NCBI GenBank assembly: GCA_035550195.1
Contig: DASZPU010000873.1
Span: 1 to 51,509 of the forward strand
Origin: Nannocystaceae bacterium
GTDB taxonomy: Bacteria > Myxococcota_A > Polyangia > Nannocystales > Nannocystaceae
DNA: 51,509 nt
Direction: 5' to 3'
Within the stretch, counting starts at the first letter, position 1, and every line of letters begins with the position of its first letter. Below, one piece after another: positions 9,502 to 18,563 of the stretch. The notes under the pieces were generated by a model. That model did no database searches, had not been told where the DNA came from, and saw only the letters and a program-made list of their open reading frames with translations. Both the position numbers and the translations under genes were made by a program.

Positions 9502-10345
9502 GCGCGTCGTCGCGCTCGCGCTCGTGCTCGCGTGCGCATGCGGTGGTGCGGCGCGCGACGAGACGAAAGTCGAGATCGTTGCGGCGAGCGAACGACCGAC
9601 TCCGGTTGCAGCTCCGCCGCTGCCCGACGGCGATCCGGCCTACGAGCTGTGGGTCGGTCCGGTGGTGTCGCCGAGCGATCCCCGGCTCGTCGACGAGCTC
9701 GATCGCGTGCCGATCGGTTTCGCCGGCATCGCGTTCCGCTTGGCCGGGCCCGGCTCGTTCGCGATCACCGAGATCGAGGTGACGCTCGCGATGATCGAAG
9801 GCAGCGCGCTCGCCGAGCTCACGCGCAAGCGCTCACCGCTCGGCAAGGACGAGGACATCTTCTTCAAGTCGTGGAAGCTGTCGCAGCCGGGCACGTACCA
9901 AGTGACGGTGAGCGATCCGCGAAGCGGTGCAGTGCTCGCGGCGCGCCGCTTCGAGGTCGCGTCCGATGCGGCGACGAAGCGCGTGCGCACGCCGGTGTCG
10001 CCGCCCTTCCAGCTGACGATCGGCCCCGCGACCTCGCCCACCGATCCCAAGCCGGTGAAGACGGAGACGAAGGTGCCGATCGGCTACGTGGGCATGCGCT
10101 TCGCACCACCGCCGGACGGCAAGCTCACCACGCCGCGCATCGCCGTCACGCTGTGGCGCATCGAAGGCGACACACGCGTGCTCGAGGCGCGCAAGGTCGA
10201 CACGCTCGGCGCCGCCGACGAGGTCTTCTACAAGTCGTGGGAGCTCACCACCACCGGCATCTACGAAGTGGAAGTCGCCGACCCCGACTCGCCGACGCTG
10301 TTCGCGACGACGCGCTTCGAGACGATCCCCGCTGCCGCGCCTTGA
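9494..10345 (+). CDS. Hypothetical lipoprotein made of two homologous ~105-aa domains
   Basis: Lipobox LVLACACGG. Good third-position GC bias. Two repeats share VPIG(F/Y).G..F, I.VTL..IEG, (I/V)F(F/Y)KSW(K/E)L...G.Y.V.V.DP. Start is GTG 9494 or the track start 9470. Confidence 0.7.
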   Translation: MAERVVALALVLACACGGAARDETKVEIVAASERPTPVAAPPLPDGDPAYELWVGPVVSPSDPRLVDELDRVPIGFAGIAFRLAGPGSFAITEIEVTLAMIEGSALAELTRKRSPLGKDEDIFFKSWKLSQPGTYQVTVSDPRSGAVLAARRFEVASDAATKRVRTPVSPPFQLTIGPATSPTDPKPVKTETKVPIGYVGMRFAPPPDGKLTTPRIAVTLWRIEGDTRVLEARKVDTLGAADEVFYKSWELTTTGIYEVEVADPDSPTLFATTRFETIPAAAP

Positions 10346-11284
10346 TCACTTGCGGCGGCGCAAGCACGCGAGCACGACGAGCACGATCGCCCAACCGCCG
10401 GCGTCGCGTTCACTCGTGCAGCCGCAGCCGCGCTCGTCGGGTGGCGCGGTGTCGAGGCAATCGCAGTCGCTGCAGGCTTCGCCGACCAGATCGACGCCGG
10501 TCTCTTCGCGCACCCAACACAGCGCGGGGTAGGGCGCGCCGTAGTAGCCACCGTTGCCACACGGATCACTGCCGCGCGAAGTGATGCCCGCGAGCCGCAT
10601 CACGCCGTTCTTCAAGCGCACGAACGCGGGCCCACCCGAGTCGCCGCTGCAGGTGTCGCGTTGCTGCCCGCCCGCGTAGAACTCGAAGCCCTTCGGCGTG
10701 AGCTTCGCAATCGTCGTGTCGGTCTCGCGCTTGAGCCCCGCGCCGCTCACCGTGTCGCGCTCGGCCGTGTCGCCGCCGTAGCCGACCAACGTGACCGTCT
10801 CGCCCTTGCCCATCGCTTCGTCCCACTCGTCCTGATCGACGATGGGCGTGGTGTAGCCACCGGGCACCTCGAACTCGAGCGGGATCGTGACGTAGCCGTA
10901 GTCGAAGATGTCGTACTTGCACGACGGACAGAACGACGGATGCATGCCCCAGCCATCGGCTTCGACCGAGCCGTGGAACACGTCGTTGCCGTAGCGCACC
11001 ACGACTTCACCGACGTCGTCGGCATCGACGAGACAGTGGGCAGCGGTGAGGATCAGCTTCGGCGCGACGACGGTGCCGCTGCACAGCTCGGAGCCGATCG
11101 TGATCGCGACCACGCCGTCGTACTCGCCGGGATCGGTGGGCTGCCCGCCGATGATCGGCTCCGGCGTCGACGAACCGCGCAACTCGCTCGCATTCGTTGG
11201 TCCTACCCAGACCAGCGCGGCCACCAACGCGGACACCCCCGGCATCATCGAGTCATTAGTAGCAAGCGATCGCCGGACGTGCAC
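10346..11284 (-). CDS. Trypsin-like (S1 family) serine protease with MYXO-CTERM sorting tail
   Basis: IIGG...LTAAHC (His), DTCSGDSGGPAF (Ser); C-terminal GCGC...GGWAIVLVVLACLRRRK. Alternative ATG start at 11248. Confidence 0.85.
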   Translation of the reverse strand: MHVRRSLATNDSMMPGVSALVAALVWVGPTNASELRGSSTPEPIIGGQPTDPGEYDGVVAITIGSELCSGTVVAPKLILTAAHCLVDADDVGEVVVRYGNDVFHGSVEADGWGMHPSFCPSCKYDIFDYGYVTIPLEFEVPGGYTTPIVDQDEWDEAMGKGETVTLVGYGGDTAERDTVSGAGLKRETDTTIAKLTPKGFEFYAGGQQRDTCSGDSGGPAFVRLKNGVMRLAGITSRGSDPCGNGGYYGAPYPALCWVREETGVDLVGEACSDCDCLDTAPPDERGCGCTSERDAGGWAIVLVVLACLRRRK

Positions 11285-11323
11285 GCCGTCCCGTCCGGGG
11301 CCGCATGTGATAGCGTCATTTCG

Positions 11324-11644
11324 ATGCGACCACTCGCGTTGGCCTGCAGCGTCATCCTACTGCTCGGCTCCTGCGGAAACGGCGACGACGAGGCCGATTC
11401 GGACTCGGGCGATTCCGAAGGCAACCCGCCGTTCGCCTGCGGCTCGACGCTCATGTGCCGCGCCGCCGAGGAATACTGCGAGGTCGTGCTCGCGCCGGAC
11501 ATGACGCCGGCCTCCTATCACTGCGTCGAGCTCCCCATGGAGTGCGGCAATTCCCCCGAGTGCGAGTGCCTCGAGATGACGACGTGTGGCGAGTGCACGG
11601 TGTCGACCGAGGGCGGTCTCACCAGCAGCTGCGTGCCCGACTGA
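11324..11644 (+). CDS. Small cysteine-rich lipoprotein, hypothetical
   Basis: MRPLALACSVILLLGSCGNG lipobox; 12 Cys in 106 aa; strong GC3 bias; internal start within track ORF 10661..11644. Confidence 0.65.
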   Translation: MRPLALACSVILLLGSCGNGDDEADSDSGDSEGNPPFACGSTLMCRAAEEYCEVVLAPDMTPASYHCVELPMECGNSPECECLEMTTCGECTVSTEGGLTSSCVPD

Positions 11645-11647
11645 TCG

Positions 11648-12631
11648 TCAACTCGGCACGCAGAAGAAGATCTCGCCGCCGTTGTCCTGCACGGGGCTCG
11701 TGACGCGCAGCGGATCGCCGTGGAAGCCGCCGGGGCAGGTGCAATCACCCGTCCACGGATTCGGAGCGGCGCACTCGATCATGCCGTCTTGCAGCCAGTG
11801 GGTCTGATACGCGCCGGCGAAGCTGATCGGATCGATCGCAGTCGGCACGCACACGTGGATCTCGATCGGTTGATCCGCCGACGCAGCGCCGCACGGTCCC
11901 CACGTGCTCGCGACCATCTCCGCGATCCCGGGCGGGCACGCACAACTCCCGGTGAGCGAGTTCTCGACGACGCACTGGTTCTCGCCGACCACGCATTGGT
12001 CCGCGGAAGACGTCACGTAGACGCCGCCCCAATCGGAGCTCGGTGGTGGGTCGGCGAATGCACACGTCCGCAACGCGGTCGGCGTGTGCAACACACCGTC
12101 TTCCGGGCAGTAGTCGCTCGTGGTCGGCAGCGGATCGCTGGCCGCGAATCCGCTCGGGCAACCGCAGCCGCCGAGGTAGTCGATGTACGACGGCGGAATG
12201 TTCATCTTCGGGCCGCTCGCATCGTCGGTGCAACCACCGCAGCTCAGCGGCTCCGCGTACGCGCCTGCGAACACGACGCACCGCTCTTCATGACACGCGC
12301 CTTGGTTGCAGCCTTCGTCGCAGCACGGCTCGCCGAGGTCGCCGCATGCAGGCACGCCGGTGTCGTCGGGTCCGGTTTCGACGGGGCCCGTATCGTCGGG
12401 TCCGGTCTCGTCGCTCGGATCCGTCGTGCTCGCAGTGGTCGTGCTCGCCGATCCCGACTGCGAGCCCGCGGTCGTTTCGCTCACGCTGTTGCTGCCCGCC
12501 GACGATGCGTCGCCCGACTCCGAGGCGCTGCCGGAATCATCGTCGTCGGGACCGCTGCCGTCGTCGGCCCCGCCCTCGGAGAAACACCCACACAGCAACA
12601 CCATCGCGATCGCGAGCGGTCTCGATGCCAT
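11648..12631 (-). CDS. Cysteine-rich secreted lipoprotein, hypothetical
   Basis: ATG 12631 gives MASRPLAIAMVLLCGC lipobox, then an S/G/D/T-rich linker and a Cys-rich body (CGDLGEPCCDEGCNQGACHEERC...). The track start at 12667 is GTG. Confidence 0.7.
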   Translation of the reverse strand: MASRPLAIAMVLLCGCFSEGGADDGSGPDDDDSGSASESGDASSAGSNSVSETTAGSQSGSASTTTASTTDPSDETGPDDTGPVETGPDDTGVPACGDLGEPCCDEGCNQGACHEERCVVFAGAYAEPLSCGGCTDDASGPKMNIPPSYIDYLGGCGCPSGFAASDPLPTTSDYCPEDGVLHTPTALRTCAFADPPPSSDWGGVYVTSSADQCVVGENQCVVENSLTGSCACPPGIAEMVASTWGPCGAASADQPIEIHVCVPTAIDPISFAGAYQTHWLQDGMIECAAPNPWTGDCTCPGGFHGDPLRVTSPVQDNGGEIFFCVPS

Positions 12632-12676
12632 TTCGGGAGAGACACCGCGACGCGCAAGGTGGCGCACGCGCGCGAT

Positions 12677-13516
12677 TCAGCCCTTCACGCCGCCCGACGC
12701 GAGGCCAGCGACGAGATGGCGCTGCACGACGTAGAAGAGCGCCATCACCGGCAACGACACGATCAGCGCGCCGGCGGCGAAGAGCTCCCACTTCGCGTCG
12801 TACTCGCCGATGAAGCGCTGCAGCATCACCGGCAGCGTGAACATCCGCGCGTCGTCGAGCAGCGTGGCCGCGAGGATGAACTCGTTATACGCGCTCATGA
12901 ACGCGAAGAGCGCGGTGACGGCGATCGCGGGGCGGGCCACCGGCAACACCACGCGCACGAATGCGCCGACTCGGGTCGCGCCGTCGACCATCGCGGCTTC
13001 TTCGAGATCGATCGGGATCGCTTCGAACGCCGCGCGTAGCTGGAAGATCGCGAACGGCACCGCGGTGCTCGCGTAGCAGAGCACGAGGCCGGTGCGCGAG
13101 TTGAGCAGGCCGAGCGCTTCGAGGATGAGATAGAGCGGGATCGCGCTCGCGACCGCCGGGAACATCTGGGTCGCGAGCAACACGCCCATGCCGGTGCGCT
13201 TGCCGAGGAAGTCGAAGCGCGCGAGCGCGTACGCGGCCGGGATCGCGATCAGCACGCCGACGATCGCGGTGGCGGCCGCGACGACGAGCGAGTTGAAGAA
13301 CTGGCGACCGAACATCCACAGCGTCTCGCCGCCTTGTTCGGCGGTCGCGGTGACGACCGCTTCGAAGTGGCGCAGCGTGGGCTCCTGCGGCCACGGCATG
13401 ACGTTGGGCTCGGGCGTCGCGGTGCCCGAGAGCGCCAGCGCGGCCACCCACAGCACGGGGTAGAGCGCGAACGCGACGCCGAGCAAGAGCACCGCATGCA
13501 CGAGCGCGTGCCTCAT
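12677..13516 (-). CDS. ABC sugar transporter permease (MalG/CUT1 family)
   Basis: EAA loop EEAAMVDGATRVGAFVRVVLP, six TM segments. True ATG at 13516 inside track ORF 12677..15376; ATGA overlap with the upstream gene. Confidence 0.9.
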   Translation of the reverse strand: MRHALVHAVLLLGVAFALYPVLWVAALALSGTATPEPNVMPWPQEPTLRHFEAVVTATAEQGGETLWMFGRQFFNSLVVAAATAIVGVLIAIPAAYALARFDFLGKRTGMGVLLATQMFPAVASAIPLYLILEALGLLNSRTGLVLCYASTAVPFAIFQLRAAFEAIPIDLEEAAMVDGATRVGAFVRVVLPVARPAIAVTALFAFMSAYNEFILAATLLDDARMFTLPVMLQRFIGEYDAKWELFAAGALIVSLPVMALFYVVQRHLVAGLASGGVKG

Positions 13517-15669
13517 TGGTGCCTCCGTGCGCGCGCGTCGACGCGCGACAGCAAGCGTGTGCCGAGCGCGAGCAAGCCGAAGATGAGCACCGCGTATGCG
13601 GCCGCGTAGCCGTACTGCGCGTCGCGGGTGAACGCCCAGCGATACGCTTCGGAGACGAGGATGTCGGTGGTGCCGTCGGGATCTCCGCCCGACACCAGGA
13701 ACACCACGTTGAACATGTTGAAGGTCCAGATCGCGCCGAGCGTGACCGCGGGGACGAGCGATGGTTTGATCATCGGCAGCGTGACGTGCCAGAAGCGCTG
13801 CCACGCGCTCGCGCCGTCGACCTCCGCGGCCTCGAGCACGTCGCGCGAGACGCCGCCCAGCGCCGCGACGGTGACGACCATCATGAACGGAAAGCCGAGC
13901 CACGCGTTGGTCGCGACGTTCGCCGTGAACGCGGTGGCGAAGCGCGAGAACCATGCGATGGGCTCGAGCGACAGGCCGAACACGTCGTTGAGCCACAGCG
14001 TCGCGCCGGTGACCGCACCGAACTGGCGGTGGAACATGCCCTTCCACGCGAGCGCGGTGACGTAGTTCGGCACCGCCCACGGGATGATGAGCAGCACGCG
14101 ATACGCCGCGCGCATGCGCAGCGTCGGGCGTGCGAGCAAGAGGCCGAAGCCGAGCCCGAGCCCGAGATGCAGCGCGACGTTGACGATCGTCCACAGCACC
14201 GTCACGCACAGCACCAGCCAGAACGATCCGCTGGCGAAGAGCGGGCCACCGCGCGCGCGCAGGATGTCGACGAAGTTCGCGAGCCCGACGTAGTGCGTCT
14301 CGCCGGCGGGGCCACCGAAGAACGAGGCCGCCGCGCCCACGGTGAGCGGCAGCACCACGAGCACGCCGACCGCGACGACCGCGTGCACGACCCAGCGCCA
14401 TGCATGCACGGAACGACGCAGGCGCTCGCGGAACGCCGAGGTGCGCGCGCGTTGCACGAGCGCGAGCGCACCCGCGAGCGCGGCGAACGAGAGCAGCACG
14501 ATCGCCGGCGTGGGCGAGGCCGGTGGCGGTGGCGGACGCATCACCTGCGCGAAGCGACGCTCGGCTTCCGCGAGCGCGGTCGCGGGATCCACTTCGCCCC
14601 GCAGCACCTTGCGCATCGCTTGCTTCGCGGGCTCCCACGCCGCGCGCATCGCGGTGCTCGTGGACATCGGCACCGCGACGTGGGCCTGCTCGGCGAACGC
14701 ACGCACGAGCGGATCGTCGACGACGAGATCGCTGCGCGCCGACACCATGCGCGCGCGTTGCATGCGGAGCTGCGCAGCGTGCTCGCCCGCCAGGAACGCC
14801 GCGAGTCGGCGCGCTTCGGGCTTCTGCGCGCCGGTCGGCGACAGCATCACGGCTTCGACCGTGAGCAACGGTTTCAGCGGCTGGCCGGTGGCCGCGAGGC
14901 GCGGCAGCGGCACGACGTGGTAGCGCAGCTCGGCGTCGGCGAGATCGGAGGCGAGCCACGGGCCGCTCATCGCGAACGCGGCCTTGCCTCCGCGGAAGAG
15001 ATTGGTGACCAGCGCACCGTCGGCTTCGCGCGGCACGGCGCCGACCTCGAGCATGTGCAGCACGAGCTCGAGCGAGCGCACGGCTTCGCGACCGACGAAG
15101 CCGAAGCGACCGTCGTCGTGCATGAGCGTGCCGCCGAACGCGTGCAGGATCGGCGCGTGGGCGTAGGGGCTCTGCGCTTCGTAGGCGATCGCGACGACAC
15201 CGTCGGGCAAGTTGGACTGCAGCGCGACGATCTCCTCGAGCGTGGCGGGCACGCGATCGACGAGCGCGTCGTTGACGTAGAGCGCGTGCGACTTGAGCGA
15301 CAACGGCAGCGCGAGCGGATCGCCGGCGATCGTGACCGCCTGGGCGGCGACCGGCACGAACGCGCCGTGCGGCCACGCGTCGCCGATCGCCGCGACCAGC
15401 TCGCGACGGCGGTACTCGCCGAGCCGTTCGTGCGACTCGACGTAGACGTCCGGACCTTCACCGAAGGGGATCGCGCTGCCGAGCTTCGACGAGAACGCGT
15501 CGTAGGGGATCGCGAGCAGCTCGACCGGCGGGCCGTCCCACGTGCGCAGCGCTTCGACCAGCGCTTCCTCTTCGGCACCGCGCCACGCGTGCCACAGCCG
15601 CAGCTCGTCGCGAGCGTGCGCCCACGTCGGCACCAGCAGCACGAAGAGGAAGGCGAAGAGCGCTCTCAC
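13513..15669 (-). CDS. Fusion protein: family-1 (MalE-like) solute-binding domain + MalF-type ABC permease
   Basis: GTG 15669 gives signal VRALFAFLFVLLVPTWAHA; SBP body (LRLWHAW.., GPWLASDL); Pro-rich hinge MRPPPPPASPTP; permease with EAAEVDGASAWQRFWHVTLP. One uninterrupted frame. Confidence 0.8.
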   Translation of the reverse strand: MRALFAFLFVLLVPTWAHARDELRLWHAWRGAEEEALVEALRTWDGPPVELLAIPYDAFSSKLGSAIPFGEGPDVYVESHERLGEYRRRELVAAIGDAWPHGAFVPVAAQAVTIAGDPLALPLSLKSHALYVNDALVDRVPATLEEIVALQSNLPDGVVAIAYEAQSPYAHAPILHAFGGTLMHDDGRFGFVGREAVRSLELVLHMLEVGAVPREADGALVTNLFRGGKAAFAMSGPWLASDLADAELRYHVVPLPRLAATGQPLKPLLTVEAVMLSPTGAQKPEARRLAAFLAGEHAAQLRMQRARMVSARSDLVVDDPLVRAFAEQAHVAVPMSTSTAMRAAWEPAKQAMRKVLRGEVDPATALAEAERRFAQVMRPPPPPASPTPAIVLLSFAALAGALALVQRARTSAFRERLRRSVHAWRWVVHAVVAVGVLVVLPLTVGAAASFFGGPAGETHYVGLANFVDILRARGGPLFASGSFWLVLCVTVLWTIVNVALHLGLGLGFGLLLARPTLRMRAAYRVLLIIPWAVPNYVTALAWKGMFHRQFGAVTGATLWLNDVFGLSLEPIAWFSRFATAFTANVATNAWLGFPFMMVVTVAALGGVSRDVLEAAEVDGASAWQRFWHVTLPMIKPSLVPAVTLGAIWTFNMFNVVFLVSGGDPDGTTDILVSEAYRWAFTRDAQYGYAAAYAVLIFGLLALGTRLLSRVDARARRHQ

Positions 15670-16712
15670 GCGATCGCCTCGCCGCCGTGCGCGTCGAACA
15701 GATGCAGCACCGTCGGCGCGAGCGCGATCGCATCGCCCTTCTTCGGGCCGTCGAGGCCTTCGAGCGCCACGACGAACGGCGCGTCGGCGATGCGCCCGTG
15801 CACGAGCACATGCGAGCCCAGCGTCTCGACCACCTCGGCGCGCAGCTTCAACGGGCCGTCGGCGGCCAGCTTCAGATCGTGGGGACGGATGCCGAGCACC
15901 ACTTCGCGATCGTTCGCGAGCTCGCGATCGATCGGTACGCGCACGCTGTTGCCGAGCGCGATCTCCCGGTGCGCGACGCGCCCGCTCAGGAAGTTCATCG
16001 CGGGGCTGCCGAGGAAGCCGGCGACGAAGCGGTTCACCGGGCTGCGATAGATCTCGAGCGGCGCACCGATCTGCTGCACCCGCCCCTTGTCGAGCACCAC
16101 GAGCACGTCGGCCAGAGTCATCGCCTCGACCTGATCGTGGGTGACGTAGATCGATGTGGCCTTCAGCTCGTCGTGCAAACGCCGGATGTCGATGCGCACG
16201 CTGTTGCGCAACGACGCGTCGAGGTTCGACAGCGGCTCGTCGAACATGAACAACGACGGGCGTCGCACGATCGCGCGGCCCATCGCGACGCGCTGGCGCT
16301 GACCGCCGGACAGCGCGCGCGGGTGGCGATCGAGCAGGTGATCGATCTCCAGCAGCGTCGCGACCTCGGCGATGCGGCGATCGATGACCTCGCGCGACTC
16401 CTTGCGCAGCTCGAGCCCGAACGCGAGGTTCTTGCGCACGGTCATGTGGGGATAGAGCGCGTACGACTGGAACACCATCGCGACGTCGCGCTCGCGCGGA
16501 GGCAAGTGCGTGACGTCGCGACCAGCGAACTCGATCGTGCCGCTGCTCGGCTCCTCGAGCCCCGCGATGCAGCGCAACAGCGTCGACTTGCCGCAACCGC
16601 TGCGACCGACGAGCACGACGAAGCTGCCGTCGGCGAACCTCGCGTCGACGCCGTCGAGCACGACGGTGTCGCCGAATCGCTTGCCGAGCCCGCGCAGCCT
16701 GACTTCGACCAT
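15666..16712 (-). CDS. ABC sugar transporter ATP-binding protein (MalK/UgpC family)
   Basis: Walker A GRSGCGKST, Q-loop, signature LSGGQRQRV, Walker B LFMFDEPLSNLD, C-terminal TOBE-like domain. ATG 16712 lies within track ORF 15666..18365. Confidence 0.92.
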   Translation of the reverse strand: MVEVRLRGLGKRFGDTVVLDGVDARFADGSFVVLVGRSGCGKSTLLRCIAGLEEPSSGTIEFAGRDVTHLPPRERDVAMVFQSYALYPHMTVRKNLAFGLELRKESREVIDRRIAEVATLLEIDHLLDRHPRALSGGQRQRVAMGRAIVRRPSLFMFDEPLSNLDASLRNSVRIDIRRLHDELKATSIYVTHDQVEAMTLADVLVVLDKGRVQQIGAPLEIYRSPVNRFVAGFLGSPAMNFLSGRVAHREIALGNSVRVPIDRELANDREVVLGIRPHDLKLAADGPLKLRAEVVETLGSHVLVHGRIADAPFVVALEGLDGPKKGDAIALAPTVLHLFDAHGGEAIA

Positions 16713-16961
16713 GGACGCGGCGCATCCTAGCAACGTCGGCGGTGGCCAGCGCTGGGCTGCGAGCCTTCGTCGAGGATCGCGGCGAACCCTCTTCAATAGC
16801 GCTCGACCCGGTTTGGTTCGGTGGGAAAACGCGGCTTTTCGGGCCCGCCGGGGCGGTTGTGCGCGACAGCACCCGGCCCGGGCGGGCGCTGAACGTCGCG
16901 CGCCGACACGCCGTCGACGGGACCGCATGGCACCGCTTGGGGTGCCGGAGGTCGAAGCGAG

Positions 16962-18563
16962 ATGTCGAACGGATTCAAGCGGGCAATGCTCGTCGGTGTG
17001 TGCACGATCGCGTGCTCGCATCGCGGCGATGGTGGTGGTGGTGACGAGAGCTCGAGCGGCGAGTCGTCGGGGTCGAGCACGACCGAGGTCGATGCGTCGT
17101 CGAGCAGCGAGAGCGGCGCGCCGGCGTGCGTCGATCTCGATCTCGGCGAGGAGATCGGACCTGCGCTCGCACGCGGCACGACCGAAGGTGCGGGGCACGA
17201 CCTCGCGATCTCGTGCGGCGACGCGGACGACGTGGTCTACCGCTGGCGTGCGCCGCAGGCCGGACGCTTCGCGTTCGATCTCGCGGGGTCGAGCTTCGAC
17301 ACCGCGATCGCGGTGCTCGCCGCGGATTGCACCGGCACGGAGCTCGCGTGCAACGACGACGGCATCGGCAAGCAGTCGCGAGTGATCATCGATGCCGAAG
17401 CGGACGACGAGCTCGCGATCGTGATCGCGGGTAGCAAGGGCCAGGCCGGTGCATACGTGCTCGGCATCGCGATGGACGATGGTGTCGACGACTCGTGCAT
17501 CGACGTCGATCTCGCGTCGCGCACCGGCGTCTCGGTCGCGCTGGGCAGCACCGCCGGGCGGGGCGACGAAGTGTCGCCGTCGTGCGCGGTGTCGGGTGCC
17601 GACGTGCTGCACCACTGGACGGCACCCGCGGCCGGCAACTACTCGTTCGCGGTGCCGTCGGGCACGGCTGCGATCGCGCTGTTCGAAGACGATTGCGACG
17701 GCGCCGAGATCGCGTGCGTGCCTTCGTTCGAGGCGCCGTACGGCGCGAACGCGATGCTCGACGCCGGTGAGTCGATCGTGATCGCGGTCGATGATGGTGG
17801 CGTCGCGGCGAGCTACAGCCTCGACATCTTCGCGCTCGGTGGCGGCGCGTGCATCGAAGGCGATCTCGGCAGCGTGGTCGGGCAAGCGGTCGCGAGCGGA
17901 TCGACGGTCGGGCACGGCGACGACGTGCCGGTGCAGGGCTGCGCCGGTGGAGCGGAAGACGTCGCGTACACCTGGACTGCGCCGTACGCCGGCACCTGGG
18001 TGTTCGATCTCGCGGGGTCGTCGTACGACACCGTGCTCGCGCTGCGCGACGGGAGCTGCGGCGGTGTGGAGCTCGCGTGCAACGACGACGCGGCCGGCAG
18101 CGCGTCGCAGCTCGCGATGTCGCTCGCATCGGGGCAGACGATCGCGATCGTGATCGACGGCTACGGCAGCAGCGACGGATCGTACGTGCTCAGCATCGCG
18201 TCGGGCGACGGGCCGACGTCGTGCATCGACTACGATCTCGGCATGAGCGGTGGTCCGCTGGTCGCGTCGACCGACGGTGCGCTCGACGAAGTGACGCCGA
18301 GCTGCGCAGCGTTCGGCAGCGGCAGCGACGTCGAGGTGCAGTGGACAGCGCCGATCAGCATGCACGGCACCGCGACGCTCACCGCATCACCGGGCGCGAC
18401 GCTCTCGCGCCTGTCGGCGTGCGGCGGCGCGGAGCTCGGCTGCAGCGGCGACGACGGCACCGGCACGATGCAGCTCGAGTTCGACGCGCTCGCGGGCGAG
18501 CAGCTGTTGTTCGTGGTCGACGGCGGTCCGTTCGGCGGCGGCTTCGAGCTGCTCATCGAGTAG
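16962..18563 (+). CDS. Lipoprotein with four tandem ~118-124-aa Cys-framed domains, hypothetical
   Basis: Lipobox CTIAC. Repeats start at nt 17127, 17496, 17850 and 18222. Shared pattern: C(I/V)D.DLG...G.T.G.GD......C......DV.Y.W.AP..G...FDLAGSS.DT.(L/I)A......C.G.ELACNDD. Confidence 0.75.
   Translation: MSNGFKRAMLVGVCTIACSHRGDGGGGDESSSGESSGSSTTEVDASSSSESGAPACVDLDLGEEIGPALARGTTEGAGHDLAISCGDADDVVYRWRAPQAGRFAFDLAGSSFDTAIAVLAADCTGTELACNDDGIGKQSRVIIDAEADDELAIVIAGSKGQAGAYVLGIAMDDGVDDSCIDVDLASRTGVSVALGSTAGRGDEVSPSCAVSGADVLHHWTAPAAGNYSFAVPSGTAAIALFEDDCDGAEIACVPSFEAPYGANAMLDAGESIVIAVDDGGVAASYSLDIFALGGGACIEGDLGSVVGQAVASGSTVGHGDDVPVQGCAGGAEDVAYTWTAPYAGTWVFDLAGSSYDTVLALRDGSCGGVELACNDDAAGSASQLAMSLASGQTIAIVIDGYGSSDGSYVLSIASGDGPTSCIDYDLGMSGGPLVASTDGALDEVTPSCAAFGSGSDVEVQWTAPISMHGTATLTASPGATLSRLSACGGAELGCSGDDGTGTMQLEFDALAGEQLLFVVDGGPFGGGFELLIE

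Noticed and set aside
13516-16050. 844-aa + strand ORF across the ABC transporter operon. Similar very long ORFs occur at 20665..22605(-), 23122..25185(-), 28687..30492(-), 41940..44327(+), 47841..49841(+) and 49060..51201(-).
   Set aside because: All lie antisense to genes with clear family motifs. Their products are Arg/Asp/His/Gly-rich low-complexity strings. Such shadow ORFs are expected in ~70% GC DNA.
16927-16946. TGGCAC motif upstream of the 16962 gene, and another at about 35728 upstream of kaiC, as possible sigma-54 promoters
   Set aside because: The spacing to a TTGC-like -12 element is wrong (TGGCACCGCTTGG). The first motif is simply part of a 6-bp hairpin, GGCACC-N6-GGTGCC.
12677-18365. 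Maximal track ORFs 12677..15376, 13513..16872 and 15666..18365, which would imply three overlapping 900-1100-aa proteins
   Set aside because: The N-terminal parts are Arg-rich junk read through neighbouring genes in another frame. The real starts are internal (13516, 15669, 16712), each forming a 4-nt start/stop overlap with the upstream gene.
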